Source: Terriglobia bacterium
Lineage (GTDB): Bacteria > Acidobacteriota > Terriglobia > JAJPHL01 > JAPKYU01
Direction: 5' to 3'
Assembly: GCA_965206645.1 (NCBI GenBank)
Contig: CBDBKE010000003.1
Coordinates: 608,001-672,000 of the forward strand
DNA length: 64,000 nucleotides
Under the pieces are notes generated by a model. The model had not been told where the DNA came from. It was given only the letters and a program-made list of their open reading frames with translations, and searched no databases. Of the stretch, positions 11,140 to 20,209 are shown piece after piece (position 1 is the first letter of the stretch; every line of letters begins with the position of its first letter). The position numbers were made by a program, and so were the translations under genes.

Positions 11140-12122
11140 GTCCGCAGTCAAACCGGCCTCTACGGGCGGCCTTCCGCCGGGTGAAATGTCCCGCCCGCCG
11201 TGTGAAATGTCCTGCGAAGATTAACCTCGGGCTGCAAGTGTTGGGTCGGCGTCCCGACGGCTACCACGAGCTCCGTACGGTCTTCCAAACCATCGCGCTG
11301 CACGATGAACTGCTCCTGCAGGAGGAGCAGGCAGCCAGAACGGCCAAAGTGGAACTGTCTGGCGACGGGGCAGAGGCAATTGGACTGCCCAACCTGGCGG
11401 TTCTGGCAGCGGAAGCCGTATTAGAAGAACTGGGGGAACGGCGCGCAGTCCGGCTGACGCTCAACAAGAAGATTCCGCCGGGCAGCGGGTTAGGGGGCGG
11501 CTCCAGCGATGCTGCAGCCGTGCTGCGAGTGCTGCCGGTTTTGTTGGGCCGGCCGTTGGCGCCGGAACGTCGGCTGGCATTGGCGGCGGAGCTGGGTGCC
11601 GATGTCCCGTTTTTCCTGGTGGGCGGCCAGGCCATCGGGTTGGGTCGGGGGACTGAGGTCTATCCGTTGCCCGACGTTCCGGCTCTACCCCTTGTGGTGG
11701 TCCATCCGGGCCTGCACGTTTCTAGCGCCGACGCTTACCGGCAGCTCGATCAGGCCCGAGGCAATCCGGAACCACTCGACCCCGCGGCGTTGACAAGCAC
11801 CGCGACAGAGCCTAGTATACTTAGCTTCTGCGCCATCGTTTGTAGTCGGAGATGGGACCGACTCAGGAACGATTTTGAGCCGGTTGTTTTTTCCACCTAC
11901 CCAGAACTGGCGCGGCTCAAGACAGCTCTCACTCGAGCCGGCGCATCGGCGGCAATGCTTTCCGGGAGCGGTTCGGCCGTGTTTGGGATTTTCGATTCGG
12001 GAACGGCGGCCCGGCATGCTGCGGCGCGACTCCGGCGCCGATGGCCCCGGTGGCAGATCTGGGTAACTCGGACTGTCTCACGCCTTGAACTGGCGCGCGA
12101 GTGGGTTGGGTATGGACAGTGA
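11136..12122 (+). CDS. ispE: 4-diphosphocytidyl-2-C-methyl-D-erythritol kinase
   Basis: PAKINLGL...RPDGYHEL, KKIPPGSGLGGGSSDAA, LGADVPFF, LSGSGSAVFG. Confidence 0.96.
   Translation: MSPQSNRPLRAAFRRVKCPARRVKCPAKINLGLQVLGRRPDGYHELRTVFQTIALHDELLLQEEQAARTAKVELSGDGAEAIGLPNLAVLAAEAVLEELGERRAVRLTLNKKIPPGSGLGGGSSDAAAVLRVLPVLLGRPLAPERRLALAAELGADVPFFLVGGQAIGLGRGTEVYPLPDVPALPLVVVHPGLHVSSADAYRQLDQARGNPEPLDPAALTSTATEPSILSFCAIVCSRRWDRLRNDFEPVVFSTYPELARLKTALTRAGASAAMLSGSGSAVFGIFDSGTAARHAAARLRRRWPRWQIWVTRTVSRLELAREWVGYGQ
11790..11818 (+). promoter_or_regulatory. sigma70 promoter embedded in ispE, upstream of prs and ribosomal genes
   Basis: TTGACA (11790-95), 17-nt spacer, TAGTAT (11813-18). Confidence 0.6.
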
Positions 12123-13056
12123 TCGATTGAAAATCCTAGGCGGCAACGCCAACTCGCTGCTGACCGAAGAAATTTGCGCCTGCCTGAAGGTTCCGGTGGC
12201 CAACGCCTCCGTGACTCGCTTCAGCGACGGGGAGGTCTACGTCCAAATCCTGGAGAACGTTCGCGGGGCCGATGTCTTCGTGGTGCAGCCCACCTGCCAG
12301 CCGGTGGATACCAACCTGGTGGAGCTGCTGCTGCTGATCGACGCGCTCAAACGGGCCTCGGCCCAGCGCATCACCGCCGTGATCCCCTACTATGGGTATG
12401 CGCGACAGGACCGGAAGGACAAGCCCCGGGTACCAATCTCGGCCAAGCTGGTGGCCGACCTGCTGACCACGGCCGGCGCTAGCCGAACGCTCACCCTGGA
12501 CCTGCACGCGTCGCAGATCCAGGGCTTCTTCAATTGCCCGGTCGATCACCTGTTTGCCTCGCCAGTGCTGGTGAGTTATTTCCAGAACCTCGATTTGCCC
12601 GATCTGACCGTCGTGGCACCGGACGCTGGTGGCGTGGAGCGCTCGCGCTCTTTCGCCAAGAAGGTGAACGCGCCGCTGGCGATCATGGACAAGCGCCGCG
12701 AGGAAGTCAACGTGGCCGAAGTGATGCACGTCATCGGCGACGTGCACGACCGCACCGTCCTGATTGTGGACGATATTGTAGACACGGCCGGGACGCTGGT
12801 GAAGGCGGCCGAGGCGCTGCTGGACAACGGCGCCCGCCGCGTCTTTGCCTCGGCGACTCACGCGGTGCTGTCCGGGAGTGCGGTGGAGCGGATCTGCAGG
12901 TCGCCGATCGAACGGCTGGTGGTCACCAACTCGATCCCACTGCAGCCGGAGGCGCAGGGCTGCGACCGGATCAAGGTGTTAAGCATCGCCGAACTGCTGG
13001 CTAAGGCCATCCATTCCATTCACGCGGAGACCTCCGTCAGCCAACTGTTCATTTGA
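12112..13056 (+). CDS. prs: Ribose-phosphate pyrophosphokinase
   Basis: FSDGEV, YYGYARQDRKDKPRVPISAKL, VVAPDAGGVER, IVDDIVDTAGT. Confidence 0.98.
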   Translation: MDSDRLKILGGNANSLLTEEICACLKVPVANASVTRFSDGEVYVQILENVRGADVFVVQPTCQPVDTNLVELLLLIDALKRASAQRITAVIPYYGYARQDRKDKPRVPISAKLVADLLTTAGASRTLTLDLHASQIQGFFNCPVDHLFASPVLVSYFQNLDLPDLTVVAPDAGGVERSRSFAKKVNAPLAIMDKRREEVNVAEVMHVIGDVHDRTVLIVDDIVDTAGTLVKAAEALLDNGARRVFASATHAVLSGSAVERICRSPIERLVVTNSIPLQPEAQGCDRIKVLSIAELLAKAIHSIHAETSVSQLFI

Positions 13057-13095
13057 GTTTGCATTCATGAAATTCTCTGTTTGGAACCTGCGGCC

Positions 13096-13785
13096 ATGGT
13101 GAACAAGACGGTCATCGAAGCCGAGCCTCGCACCGAGACCGGCAAGAACGTGGCCCGGCGCCTGCGCCAGAGCGGCCATATGCCCGGGGTCCTATACGGG
13201 GCCGGCCAGCCGACGGTGCCGGTGTCGCTGAACCCCCGGCAGGTGCGGACCGTGCTGGAATCGGAGACCGGACGGAACACGATTCTTACGGTGGAGGTCA
13301 AGGGCGGCGAAACCAGCAAGGCCATGCTGGTGGACTGGCAGTATGAGCCTGTGCACAGCAGACTGCTGCATGTGGACTTAAAGCGCATCGTGCTGGACCA
13401 GCAACTGCAGGCCACCGTGCCGGTCGTCCGCTTGGGGGAGGCTCCGGGCGTCAAGCTGCAGGGCGGCATTCTGGAGTTCGTGGCGCGCGAGGTGGAAGTC
13501 GAGTGCCTCCCCGCCGACATCCCGGATAGTATCCATGCTGACGTCAGCGAGCTGATGATCGGAACGAGCGTGCGGGTGCGGGACCTCAAGGTGGACGAGA
13601 AGGTGCGCGTTCTCTCTGACCCCGAGCTGGTCGTGGTGCACGTCGTTGCGCCCAGGCAAGTCGAAGAGAAGCCTGCGGAGGAGGCGGTTGTGCCCGAGGA
13701 GGCCGCGTCGGCCGAGCCCGAGGTCATTCGCAAGGGCAAGGGCGAGGAGGAAGAAGAGGAAGCCACCGAGGCCAAGAAGAAATAG
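13096..13785 (+). CDS. rplY: 50S ribosomal protein L25/Ctc
   Basis: GKNVARRLR..G..PGVLYG, LLHVDL, GVKLQGG, acidic tail EPEVIRKGK. Confidence 0.95.
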   Translation: MVNKTVIEAEPRTETGKNVARRLRQSGHMPGVLYGAGQPTVPVSLNPRQVRTVLESETGRNTILTVEVKGGETSKAMLVDWQYEPVHSRLLHVDLKRIVLDQQLQATVPVVRLGEAPGVKLQGGILEFVAREVEVECLPADIPDSIHADVSELMIGTSVRVRDLKVDEKVRVLSDPELVVVHVVAPRQVEEKPAEEAVVPEEAASAEPEVIRKGKGEEEEEEATEAKKK

Positions 13786-13824
13786 CCCGGCCGGCTCCCG
13801 CGCCGCCGACTCCCGCGCCGAGAG

Positions 13825-14421
13825 ATGCGCGTCATCATCGGTCTCGGTAACCCCGGGATCGAATACCAGTTTACGCGCCACAACCTGGGTTTCCGCGTGG
13901 TGGATCGGCTGGCCGAAGCGGCCCGGGCGCGGGTCGAACGGCCCGAGGCCCGCTGCCTGCTGGCTCACGCCGAGCTGGAGGGGCAATCGGTGGTGCTGGC
14001 CAAGCCCCTCACCTACGTGAACTTGAGCGGGCTGGCCGTGCGAGAACTGCTTCAGGTTTTGGAGTTGACTCCGGAGGCGCTGGTGGTGGTCAGTGATGAG
14101 CTGTCCCTGCCGGAGGGGGGGCTGCGTATCCGCCCCCACGGCAGCGCTGGCGGGCACCACGGCCTGGAGTCCATTATTGGGGCGCTCGGCACGCAGGAGT
14201 TTTTGCGGGTGCGCCTGGGCATTGGCCCCGAGCATCCAGTGAACGACGCCTCGGACTTCGTGCTGCGGACCTACCGCCGTTCGGAGCTGAAGCGGGTGGA
14301 TGAGCAAGTGGAGAGGGCGGCGGAGGCGGTGCTGCTGATCCTGCGCGAAGGCCTGCAGAAGGCAATGAACCGGTTCAACCGCCGGCCTCCTAGGCAGGCC
14401 GCTGAAAAACAGGGGGAGTGA
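13825..14421 (+). CDS. pth: Peptidyl-tRNA hydrolase
   Basis: IGLGNPG..Y..TRHNLGF, KPLTYVNLSG, GSAGGHHGL. Confidence 0.97.
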   Translation: MRVIIGLGNPGIEYQFTRHNLGFRVVDRLAEAARARVERPEARCLLAHAELEGQSVVLAKPLTYVNLSGLAVRELLQVLELTPEALVVVSDELSLPEGGLRIRPHGSAGGHHGLESIIGALGTQEFLRVRLGIGPEHPVNDASDFVLRTYRRSELKRVDEQVERAAEAVLLILREGLQKAMNRFNRRPPRQAAEKQGE

Positions 14422-14499
14422 CTGGCCCCGGCCGTGGCTCGGTAGCCTGAACACAGGCGATGGGCTCCTCCGCAACCTGTGAGCAGGTTGCCCAAACCA

Positions 14500-14556
14500 G
14501 GCTGTGTTGCTCGCGTGGCCGCCGGCGAGCGTGCGGCCTGGAGAAGCTGAGGGAGA
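14500..14556 (+). promoter_or_regulatory. Possible S6:S18 ribosomal leader upstream of rpsF
   Basis: ttgctc-gcgtggccgc..gcggcc hairpin just before the GAGGGAG RBS; position fits, motif not verified. Confidence 0.25.
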
Positions 14557-14970
14557 ATGCGCGCTTACGAGATTCTGTTCATCCTCAGACCGGACATGAC
14601 CGAAGAGGATGTGGATCAGTTTCTGGTCCAAATGGAAACCGTGGTGTCTTCCACGGGGGGAACCCTCCAGAGCAAAGAGAAGTGGGGCCGGCGCCGGTTG
14701 GCCTACGAAGTGCGGCGCCACCGCGAGGGCTATTACGTCTTGTTTAACCTGGAATGTGAGCCGCCCACGGTTCGTGAGTTCGAGCGAGTCCTGAAGGTCT
14801 CCGAGCCTGCCATCAAATTTCTGACCGTGCGGATTGACCAGGAACTCAAGCGTCTGGAGAAACTCCGCCAAAAACGGGAGAAAAAGGAGAAGCGGGGCAA
14901 GCGCGGAGCCGCGCGCGGCACCTCGGCCGCGCCGCCCGTGCCCGCGGCGGCGCCCGAGGCTGCAGTGTAA
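14557..14970 (+). CDS. rpsF: 30S ribosomal protein S6
   Basis: MRAYEILFILRPD, WGRRRLAYEV, EGYY. Confidence 0.97.
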   Translation: MRAYEILFILRPDMTEEDVDQFLVQMETVVSSTGGTLQSKEKWGRRRLAYEVRRHREGYYVLFNLECEPPTVREFERVLKVSEPAIKFLTVRIDQELKRLEKLRQKREKKEKRGKRGAARGTSAAPPVPAAAPEAAV

Positions 14971-15012
14971 CGGGGCGGGCTCTGTCCGGCCCCTGGAGGT
15001 AGAGCAGGTATC

Positions 15013-15285
15013 ATGCCCAACCAAGCGTATCCACGCCGTCCCGCCAAACCGGGGGGCGTCAAGAAGCAATATGCGCGACGCAGGAAGGTTTGCAAGTTCT
15101 GCGTCGAGCGGATTGACAACATCAACTACAAGGACGTGAGGCTGATCGGCCAGTTCGTCGTTGAGCGGGGCAAGATCATCCCCCGGCGCATTTCCGGGGT
15201 CTGCACGCCGCACCAGCGGCGGCTGAGCGAAGCGATCCAGAAGGCGCGAAACATCGCCCTACTTCCTTTCGCCGCCGAGCTCTGA
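15013..15285 (+). CDS. rpsR: 30S ribosomal protein S18 (Cys/Zn type)
   Basis: RRKVCKFC, YKDVRL, ERGKIIPRRISGVC..HQR..AIQKAR. Confidence 0.97.
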   Translation: MPNQAYPRRPAKPGGVKKQYARRRKVCKFCVERIDNINYKDVRLIGQFVVERGKIIPRRISGVCTPHQRRLSEAIQKARNIALLPFAAEL

Positions 15286-15340
15286 GGCGCGCAAGGCTGC
15301 CCCGGCGCACAACTGCCATTCACCTTCTCGGGAGAGTGCC

Positions 15341-15787
15341 ATGGAAGTGATCCTTCGAGTCGATGTCCCCAAGTTGGGCCAGCGCGGCAAGGTCGTAGAT
15401 GTGGCCTCGGGGTACGCCCGCAATTTCCTTTTGCCACGCAAACTAGCGGTGCCGGCCACCGCGGGCAACAAGAAGGTTGTGGAGCAAGAGAAGGCGGCGG
15501 CAGCCCGCCACGAGGCCAATGAGCGCACCCAGGCTGAGGAACTCGCCCGCCAGTTAGCCGACCTCACCGTGACCGTTGCCCGCAAGTCCGGCGAAGCGGA
15601 CCAACTCTTCGGCTCGGTCACCTCGCTGGACGTTGCTGACGCCTTGCAGGCCAAGGGCTACCACATCGACCGGCGCAAGATCCACCTAGAAGAGCCGATC
15701 AGGCACCTGGGTGAGTACGAAGTCCCGCTGCGCCTGCACCGCGAGGTCATCGCCACGCTGAAGTTGCAGGTGGTGCAGGAGGAATGA
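15341..15787 (+). CDS. rplI: 50S ribosomal protein L9
   Basis: MEVIL..DV.KLG..G.VV.VASGYARNFLLP, LFGSVT. Confidence 0.97.
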   Translation: MEVILRVDVPKLGQRGKVVDVASGYARNFLLPRKLAVPATAGNKKVVEQEKAAAARHEANERTQAEELARQLADLTVTVARKSGEADQLFGSVTSLDVADALQAKGYHIDRRKIHLEEPIRHLGEYEVPLRLHREVIATLKLQVVQEE

Positions 15788-15833
15788 TGGGTGTTGTTCC
15801 GCCCTCGGTCCAACGCCGCAGAGAGCCCGCCCT

Positions 15834-15969
15834 CCCACGTGATACCAGCGAGGGTTTAGCCAGCGAGACGTGGGCACCCCTCAGGATTCTGGCCCCCAGC
15901 AATCATTGAGCCAAGAATCATTAAGCCAAGAAGCATTAAGATGGAAAGCGGCACAAAGCTGCCGCACTC
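15834..15969. repeat. REP-like palindromes and 15-bp tandem repeat between convergent rplI and larB
   Basis: cccacgt...acgtggg (15834-15874); aatcatt(g/a)agccaag x2.7 (15901-15940); aaagcggca-caaagc-tgccgc-actc (15945-15969). Confidence 0.55.
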
Positions 15970-15989
15970 GGTGAGGGCTGCCAAGTGGA

Positions 15990-16736
15990 TCACAACCGGT
16001 TGATCATGCTGGCCACGGAGCCGGCGCCGAAGCCGTTGTCAATGTTGACCACGGCGACGTTGCTGGCGCAGCTGTTGAGCATGCCCAGCAGCGCAGCCAA
16101 GCCCTGGAAGCTGGAGCCGTAGCCAATGCTGGTGGGTACAGCAATCACCGGCACAGCCACCAGACCAGCCACCACGCTGGGCAGCGCACCTTCCATCCCG
16201 GCCACGCAAATGATTACGCGGGCCGAACTCAGAACGTCCCGGTTGCCCATCAGCCGGTGGATGCCCGCCACTCCGACGTCGTAGAGATGCTCCACAGGGT
16301 TGCCCATGACGCGCGCTGTCACTAGCGCTTCTTCGGCTACCGGGATGTCGGAGGTGCCCGCCGTAAGCACCAGCACCTTGCCGCGCCCGTAGATGGTGTG
16401 ATCGCGTTGGATGGTGATGGCGCCGGAAAGGGAGTGGAACTTCACGGCGGGAATGGCCTTGCGGAGCCGACGATACAGGGCTTCGTCGCCGCGCGTCACC
16501 AGTACATTGGGCGAGACGCGCAGCATCTTCTTCACCACACCCACCACCTGTTCCGGCTGCTTGCCGCGCCCCAGGATCACCTCCGGCATGCCCTGGCGAA
16601 GGGCACGGTGGTGGTCAATTTTGGCGAATCCCAGGTCTTCAAATGGAAGGTGTTTGAGCTGCCCAACGGCTCCTTCCACGTCCACCTTTCCCCGCCGTAC
16701 CTGCTCGAGCAGAGCGCGCAGCTTCTTTTCTGTCAT
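15990..16736 (-). CDS. larB: Nickel-pincer cofactor biosynthesis protein LarB
   Basis: [60 protein letters not shown]. Confidence 0.95.
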   Translation of the reverse strand: MTEKKLRALLEQVRRGKVDVEGAVGQLKHLPFEDLGFAKIDHHRALRQGMPEVILGRGKQPEQVVGVVKKMLRVSPNVLVTRGDEALYRRLRKAIPAVKFHSLSGAITIQRDHTIYGRGKVLVLTAGTSDIPVAEEALVTARVMGNPVEHLYDVGVAGIHRLMGNRDVLSSARVIICVAGMEGALPSVVAGLVAVPVIAVPTSIGYGSSFQGLAALLGMLNSCASNVAVVNIDNGFGAGSVASMINRL

Positions 16737-16770
16737 CTCTGGTCCGTCATCTCTGGTCCGTCATCTCTGG
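16732..16770. repeat. 14-bp tandem repeat GTCATCTCTGGTCC x2.8 overlapping the larB start codon
   Basis: Read directly from sequence. Confidence 0.8.
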
Positions 16771-16904
16771 CGACCAGGTTTCCATGTGGCAGTTTATCAG
16801 CACCGGGGTGGGTGCTCAAGGATTCCGCAGGCCTGCCGGCTCGACTTGCGGGCAGCCGCAAAGGTGTTGCGCGCAGACAGGAATTTTGTACACAATGGCG
16901 CGAC

Positions 16905-18140
16905 ATGTTCGCTCCGCCCCTTTACCCTGTGGATTCTGGCGTGGCTTGTTTTGCGCTGTTTTCCACAGGTCAGAAGACGGACCTGCTCTTCACTCTGTTC
17001 CTCATTTTCGTCTCGGCTAAATTGCTGGCAGAAATCTTCCAGCGGTTCAGTCAACCGGGGTTGGTGGGGGAAATCCTGGCTGGGGTGTTCATCGGGCCGG
17101 CACTGCTGGGCTGGGTGACACCTTCGGAAGTCACCATCGCGCTGGCGGAGCTGGGGGTGATGTTTCTTCTGTTTAACGTCGGTCTGGAAGTCAAGCCCAG
17201 GGAGCTGTTCGAGGTGGGGGGCACAGCGGTTAAGGTGGCTGTTCTCGGTGTCGTGCCGCCGTTTTTCGCCGGATGGCTGCTGGCGCAGGCCTGGGGCTAT
17301 TCGAGCCTGGAATCCATTTTTATCGGCGCGGCCCTGGTGGCTACCAGCGTGGGCATCACCGCCCGGGTCTTGCAGAGCCTGGGACATTTGAAAACGCGGA
17401 TGGCCCGGGTGATTTTGGGAGCCGCGGTCATTGACGACATCCTGGCCCTGATTGTGCTGGCCTTGGTCAGCGGCCTGGCCGGCGGCTCGGTGCACTACGC
17501 GCAGTTGGTCGCGACTGCCGGACTGGCCTTCGGCTTCACTGGCTTCCTGGTTTTTGTGGGGTTTCGAGCGATCCGCCGGTTGGTGCCGCTGGTGCACCGG
17601 CTGCACCTGGAACATGCCATGTTCATTTTTGGCCTGGCGCTGCTGCTGGGTCTCTCTTACCTGGCCAACCACATCGGCATCGCTGCCATTATTGGCGCCT
17701 TTATGGCCGGCCTGCTGCTTGCCGACTATAGCCGCGAGTCGGAAATGGACACCCACATGCATGCCATCGGCGAGCTGTTGATGCCGTTTTTTTTCGTTGA
17801 CATTGGCATGCGCGTGAGCCGTCAGTTCTTTAGTGAGCCCAGCGCGCTTCTGTTCGCCCTGTTGCTGATTGTGGTCGCGGCGACCACCAAGCTGGTGGGC
17901 TGCGGCCTGGGGGCCGCGCGCCTCGGGTGGCGCGACGCGACGACGATTGGTGTAGGCATGATCCCGCGAGGTGAGGTTGGCATTATTGTGGCGCAACTGG
18001 GGCTGACCGTCGGTGTCCTCTCCGACACGCTTTATTCCGTCCTGGTCGTCATGGCCGTGGTGACGACCTTGATGGTGCCCCCGATCTTGCAACGGATGCT
18101 GGGGGTGCTTCGGCCCCAACCTATCGAAGCGCCGATGTAG
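16905..18140 (+). CDS. CPA2 cation:proton antiporter (NapA/KefB-like); start uncertain
   Basis: VGEILAGVFIGP, LAELGVMFLLF..GLE, GAAVIDDI, GMIPRGEV. Confidence 0.9.
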   Translation: MFAPPLYPVDSGVACFALFSTGQKTDLLFTLFLIFVSAKLLAEIFQRFSQPGLVGEILAGVFIGPALLGWVTPSEVTIALAELGVMFLLFNVGLEVKPRELFEVGGTAVKVAVLGVVPPFFAGWLLAQAWGYSSLESIFIGAALVATSVGITARVLQSLGHLKTRMARVILGAAVIDDILALIVLALVSGLAGGSVHYAQLVATAGLAFGFTGFLVFVGFRAIRRLVPLVHRLHLEHAMFIFGLALLLGLSYLANHIGIAAIIGAFMAGLLLADYSRESEMDTHMHAIGELLMPFFFVDIGMRVSRQFFSEPSALLFALLLIVVAATTKLVGCGLGAARLGWRDATTIGVGMIPRGEVGIIVAQLGLTVGVLSDTLYSVLVVMAVVTTLMVPPILQRMLGVLRPQPIEAPM

Positions 18141-18150
18141 TATTGTTGGC

Positions 18151-18179
18151 TTTACCGGGGCGTCTGTTTTCCGTATGAT
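18151..18179 (+). promoter_or_regulatory. sigma70 promoter of the HU gene
   Basis: TTTACC, 17-nt spacer, TATGAT; AAGGAGG RBS downstream. Confidence 0.5.
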
Positions 18180-18214
18180 AGTTGTTCTCGCTCAGGAACA
18201 CTTGAAGGAGGAAT

Positions 18215-18511
18215 ATGGCAGCTCGAATGACGCAGAGCCAGGTGGTCCGGCACTTGGCAGAGAAGAATGGACTCACAAATAAGGCAGCGCACGAGTTCCT
18301 CGATTCGCTGGTGGATCTGGCAGTCCAACAGACCAAACGGGGCGGCATCTTCGTTCTGCCCGGCCTGGGCCGGATGAAAAAGGTGCAGCGGAAGGCGCGC
18401 ATGGGCCGCAACCCCGCTACCGGCGAGACCATCAAGATTCCGGCTAAGACCACGGTGAAGTTCTACCTGGCCAAGGCCGCTCGGGACGCGGTCGCTCCGC
18501 CCAAGAAGTAA
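18215..18511 (+). CDS. HU family DNA-binding protein
   Basis: LPGLGR...RKARMGRNPATGETIKIPAKTTVKF. Confidence 0.95.
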   Translation: MAARMTQSQVVRHLAEKNGLTNKAAHEFLDSLVDLAVQQTKRGGIFVLPGLGRMKKVQRKARMGRNPATGETIKIPAKTTVKFYLAKAARDAVAPPKK

Positions 18512-18618
18512 CCCAAGTACCGAGGCCGCGCCGGGAGTGGGTGTTTCTCCGGGGGTAGCTACGTCCCTTCGCGAAGCGCCATTGTGTTTGGGAGCAGGGG
18601 CCGGCAGGCTCGCGCCAG

Positions 18619-19533
18619 CTATAGGCGCGGGGAAAGTGTGGCGCTCGCAGCCGCCGCGGCGGCCACGGGGGGCGGCGAATCCTCGATAACGACTTCTTCC
18701 CACAGTGAACGGTCGCGCATCAAGCGATCCACCAGAACCACGTGCATCTGGTGGCCAGCCCGTTCGGCGATGACGTGTCCCAGCAGGGGGCGGCCGATGA
18801 GCGCCAGGTCACCGATCAGGTCCAGCAACTTATGGCGGCAGAATTCGTCGGGGAAGCGAAGCCCGCTGCCGTTGAGCAGACCGGCATCCGTCAGCACCAG
18901 CGCGCTATCCAACGAAGCGCCTCGGATCAGGCCCATGTTCCGCAGCGCGTCCACGTCTCGCAGAAAGCCGAAGGTTCGGGCAGGCACAATGTCGCGCACG
19001 TAGTTCTCTGGGGTTAGTTCCAAGTCGAAGCTCTGGCGGCCAATCAGCGGATGAGGGAAGTCAATCGTGCAGCTCAGGCGGTAGGTGTCGGCCGGGTAGA
19101 TGCCGATGCGCTTTCCGTCCTGGCGTACTTCCGCCGGGCGCAGCACCCGCAGGTAGGAGCGTCTGGCGCGCTGGCGCCGTAGGCCGGCCCGCTGGATCAT
19201 CTCCACGAAGGGCATGGCGCTGCCGTCCAGGATCGGCAACTCCAGCGAGTCAATTTCAAGGATGGCATTGTCCACCCCACAGCCGAGCAGCGCCGACAGC
19301 AAGTGCTCGGTGGTCGAGATGAGCACGCCCTTCTTCATCAGGCTGGTGGCGTAGCTGACCCGCGCCACGTGCTTCCAGCTCGCTTCAATCTCGAAATTTT
19401 CCAGGTCTGTACGCCGGAAGACGATGCCACGGCCCGTAGCGGCGGGAAGGATGCGCAGGTTTACGCGGGCGGCGCTATGCAGGCCAATTCCTGAAACCTC
19501 AACCGGGTTGCGGATTGTGGTCTGCCTGTGCAA
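18619..19533 (-). CDS. lpxC: UDP-3-O-acyl-N-acetylglucosamine deacetylase
   Basis: QTTI..GIGLHS, TEHLLSAL, ELPILDGSA, ARTFGF, RHKLLDLIGDL, AGH; TTG start assumed. Confidence 0.95.
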   Translation of the reverse strand: MHRQTTIRNPVEVSGIGLHSAARVNLRILPAATGRGIVFRRTDLENFEIEASWKHVARVSYATSLMKKGVLISTTEHLLSALLGCGVDNAILEIDSLELPILDGSAMPFVEMIQRAGLRRQRARRSYLRVLRPAEVRQDGKRIGIYPADTYRLSCTIDFPHPLIGRQSFDLELTPENYVRDIVPARTFGFLRDVDALRNMGLIRGASLDSALVLTDAGLLNGSGLRFPDEFCRHKLLDLIGDLALIGRPLLGHVIAERAGHQMHVVLVDRLMRDRSLWEEVVIEDSPPPVAAAAAASATLSPRL

Positions 19534-19734
19534 GAGTGGTCCAACCCCGACTCCACCCGAGGGCACGCACAGGTTAGCAAACCGCAGGCCGTTTCGCAAA
19601 AATAAACTAATCCATTTGTATACAAAAGGTTAATAGACCTAACCATGGGCGCCTACTGTTGCTATTTTGCCACACTCGTCGGCTCAAACTGTGGCATCCA
19701 CGACACAGCCTTGGTTCTGAGTGCGGTCGTGGAT

Positions 19735-20148
19735 CTAGGCCCTGCGCGGGTAGCAAAGGAAAAATACCGCGAGAGACGCGAAAACCAAGCCGAAAGCCAC
19801 CCCGCGGCTGCCGCCCAGGAAGTGCAGCACCAGGCCGAAGATGGCCGGGGCTTCCGAAAGGGCAAAGCTGAGTGCATAGAGGTTGAGCGCGCGAGCCGGA
19901 GTCGCTGCGGCTGCCAGGCGGTAGCGTACGAACAGCGCTGCCGCCGCGGTCAGCAACGCCACGCCCAGAATCACTTCCCCCACCGGGTAGGGGACTTTCG
20001 CACCCCCCGGCGGTAGGACCATTTGGATGAGCTCGCCGTAGATCAACACGGCGCCCACGAGCGCAAAGTAGATGATGCGCACCGCGGGAAGGTCCGTCGG
20101 AGTTCCAGGCGCGGGCGTCGTTTCAGCGTCCAGCGCGGCTGCGAGCAT
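19735..20148 (-). CDS. Hypothetical four-TM membrane protein
   Basis: Four hydrophobic segments, ALSEAPAIFGLV; divergent from polA. Confidence 0.6.
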   Translation of the reverse strand: MLAAALDAETTPAPGTPTDLPAVRIIYFALVGAVLIYGELIQMVLPPGGAKVPYPVGEVILGVALLTAAAALFVRYRLAAAATPARALNLYALSFALSEAPAIFGLVLHFLGGSRGVAFGLVFASLAVFFLCYPRRA

Positions 20149-20209
20149 ACGAGCTGTCCTCTGCCGCCGTCAACCGGAGTCCTGAGTGTCGGCGTGCTAG
20201 AATTTCCGC

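Noticed and set aside
12060-12112. tRNA-Gln often found between ispE and prs
   Set aside because: The genes overlap; no cloverleaf here or recognised elsewhere in the window.
13378-15213. 611-aa minus-strand ORF, and similar long ones at 7612-8913, 16797-18119, 41767-43086, 43692-45392
   Set aside because: Antisense shadows of well-supported genes in high-GC DNA; no motifs.
15901-16770. CRISPR array at the short repeats
   Set aside because: Repeats are adjacent without spacers, too short, and no cas genes are present.
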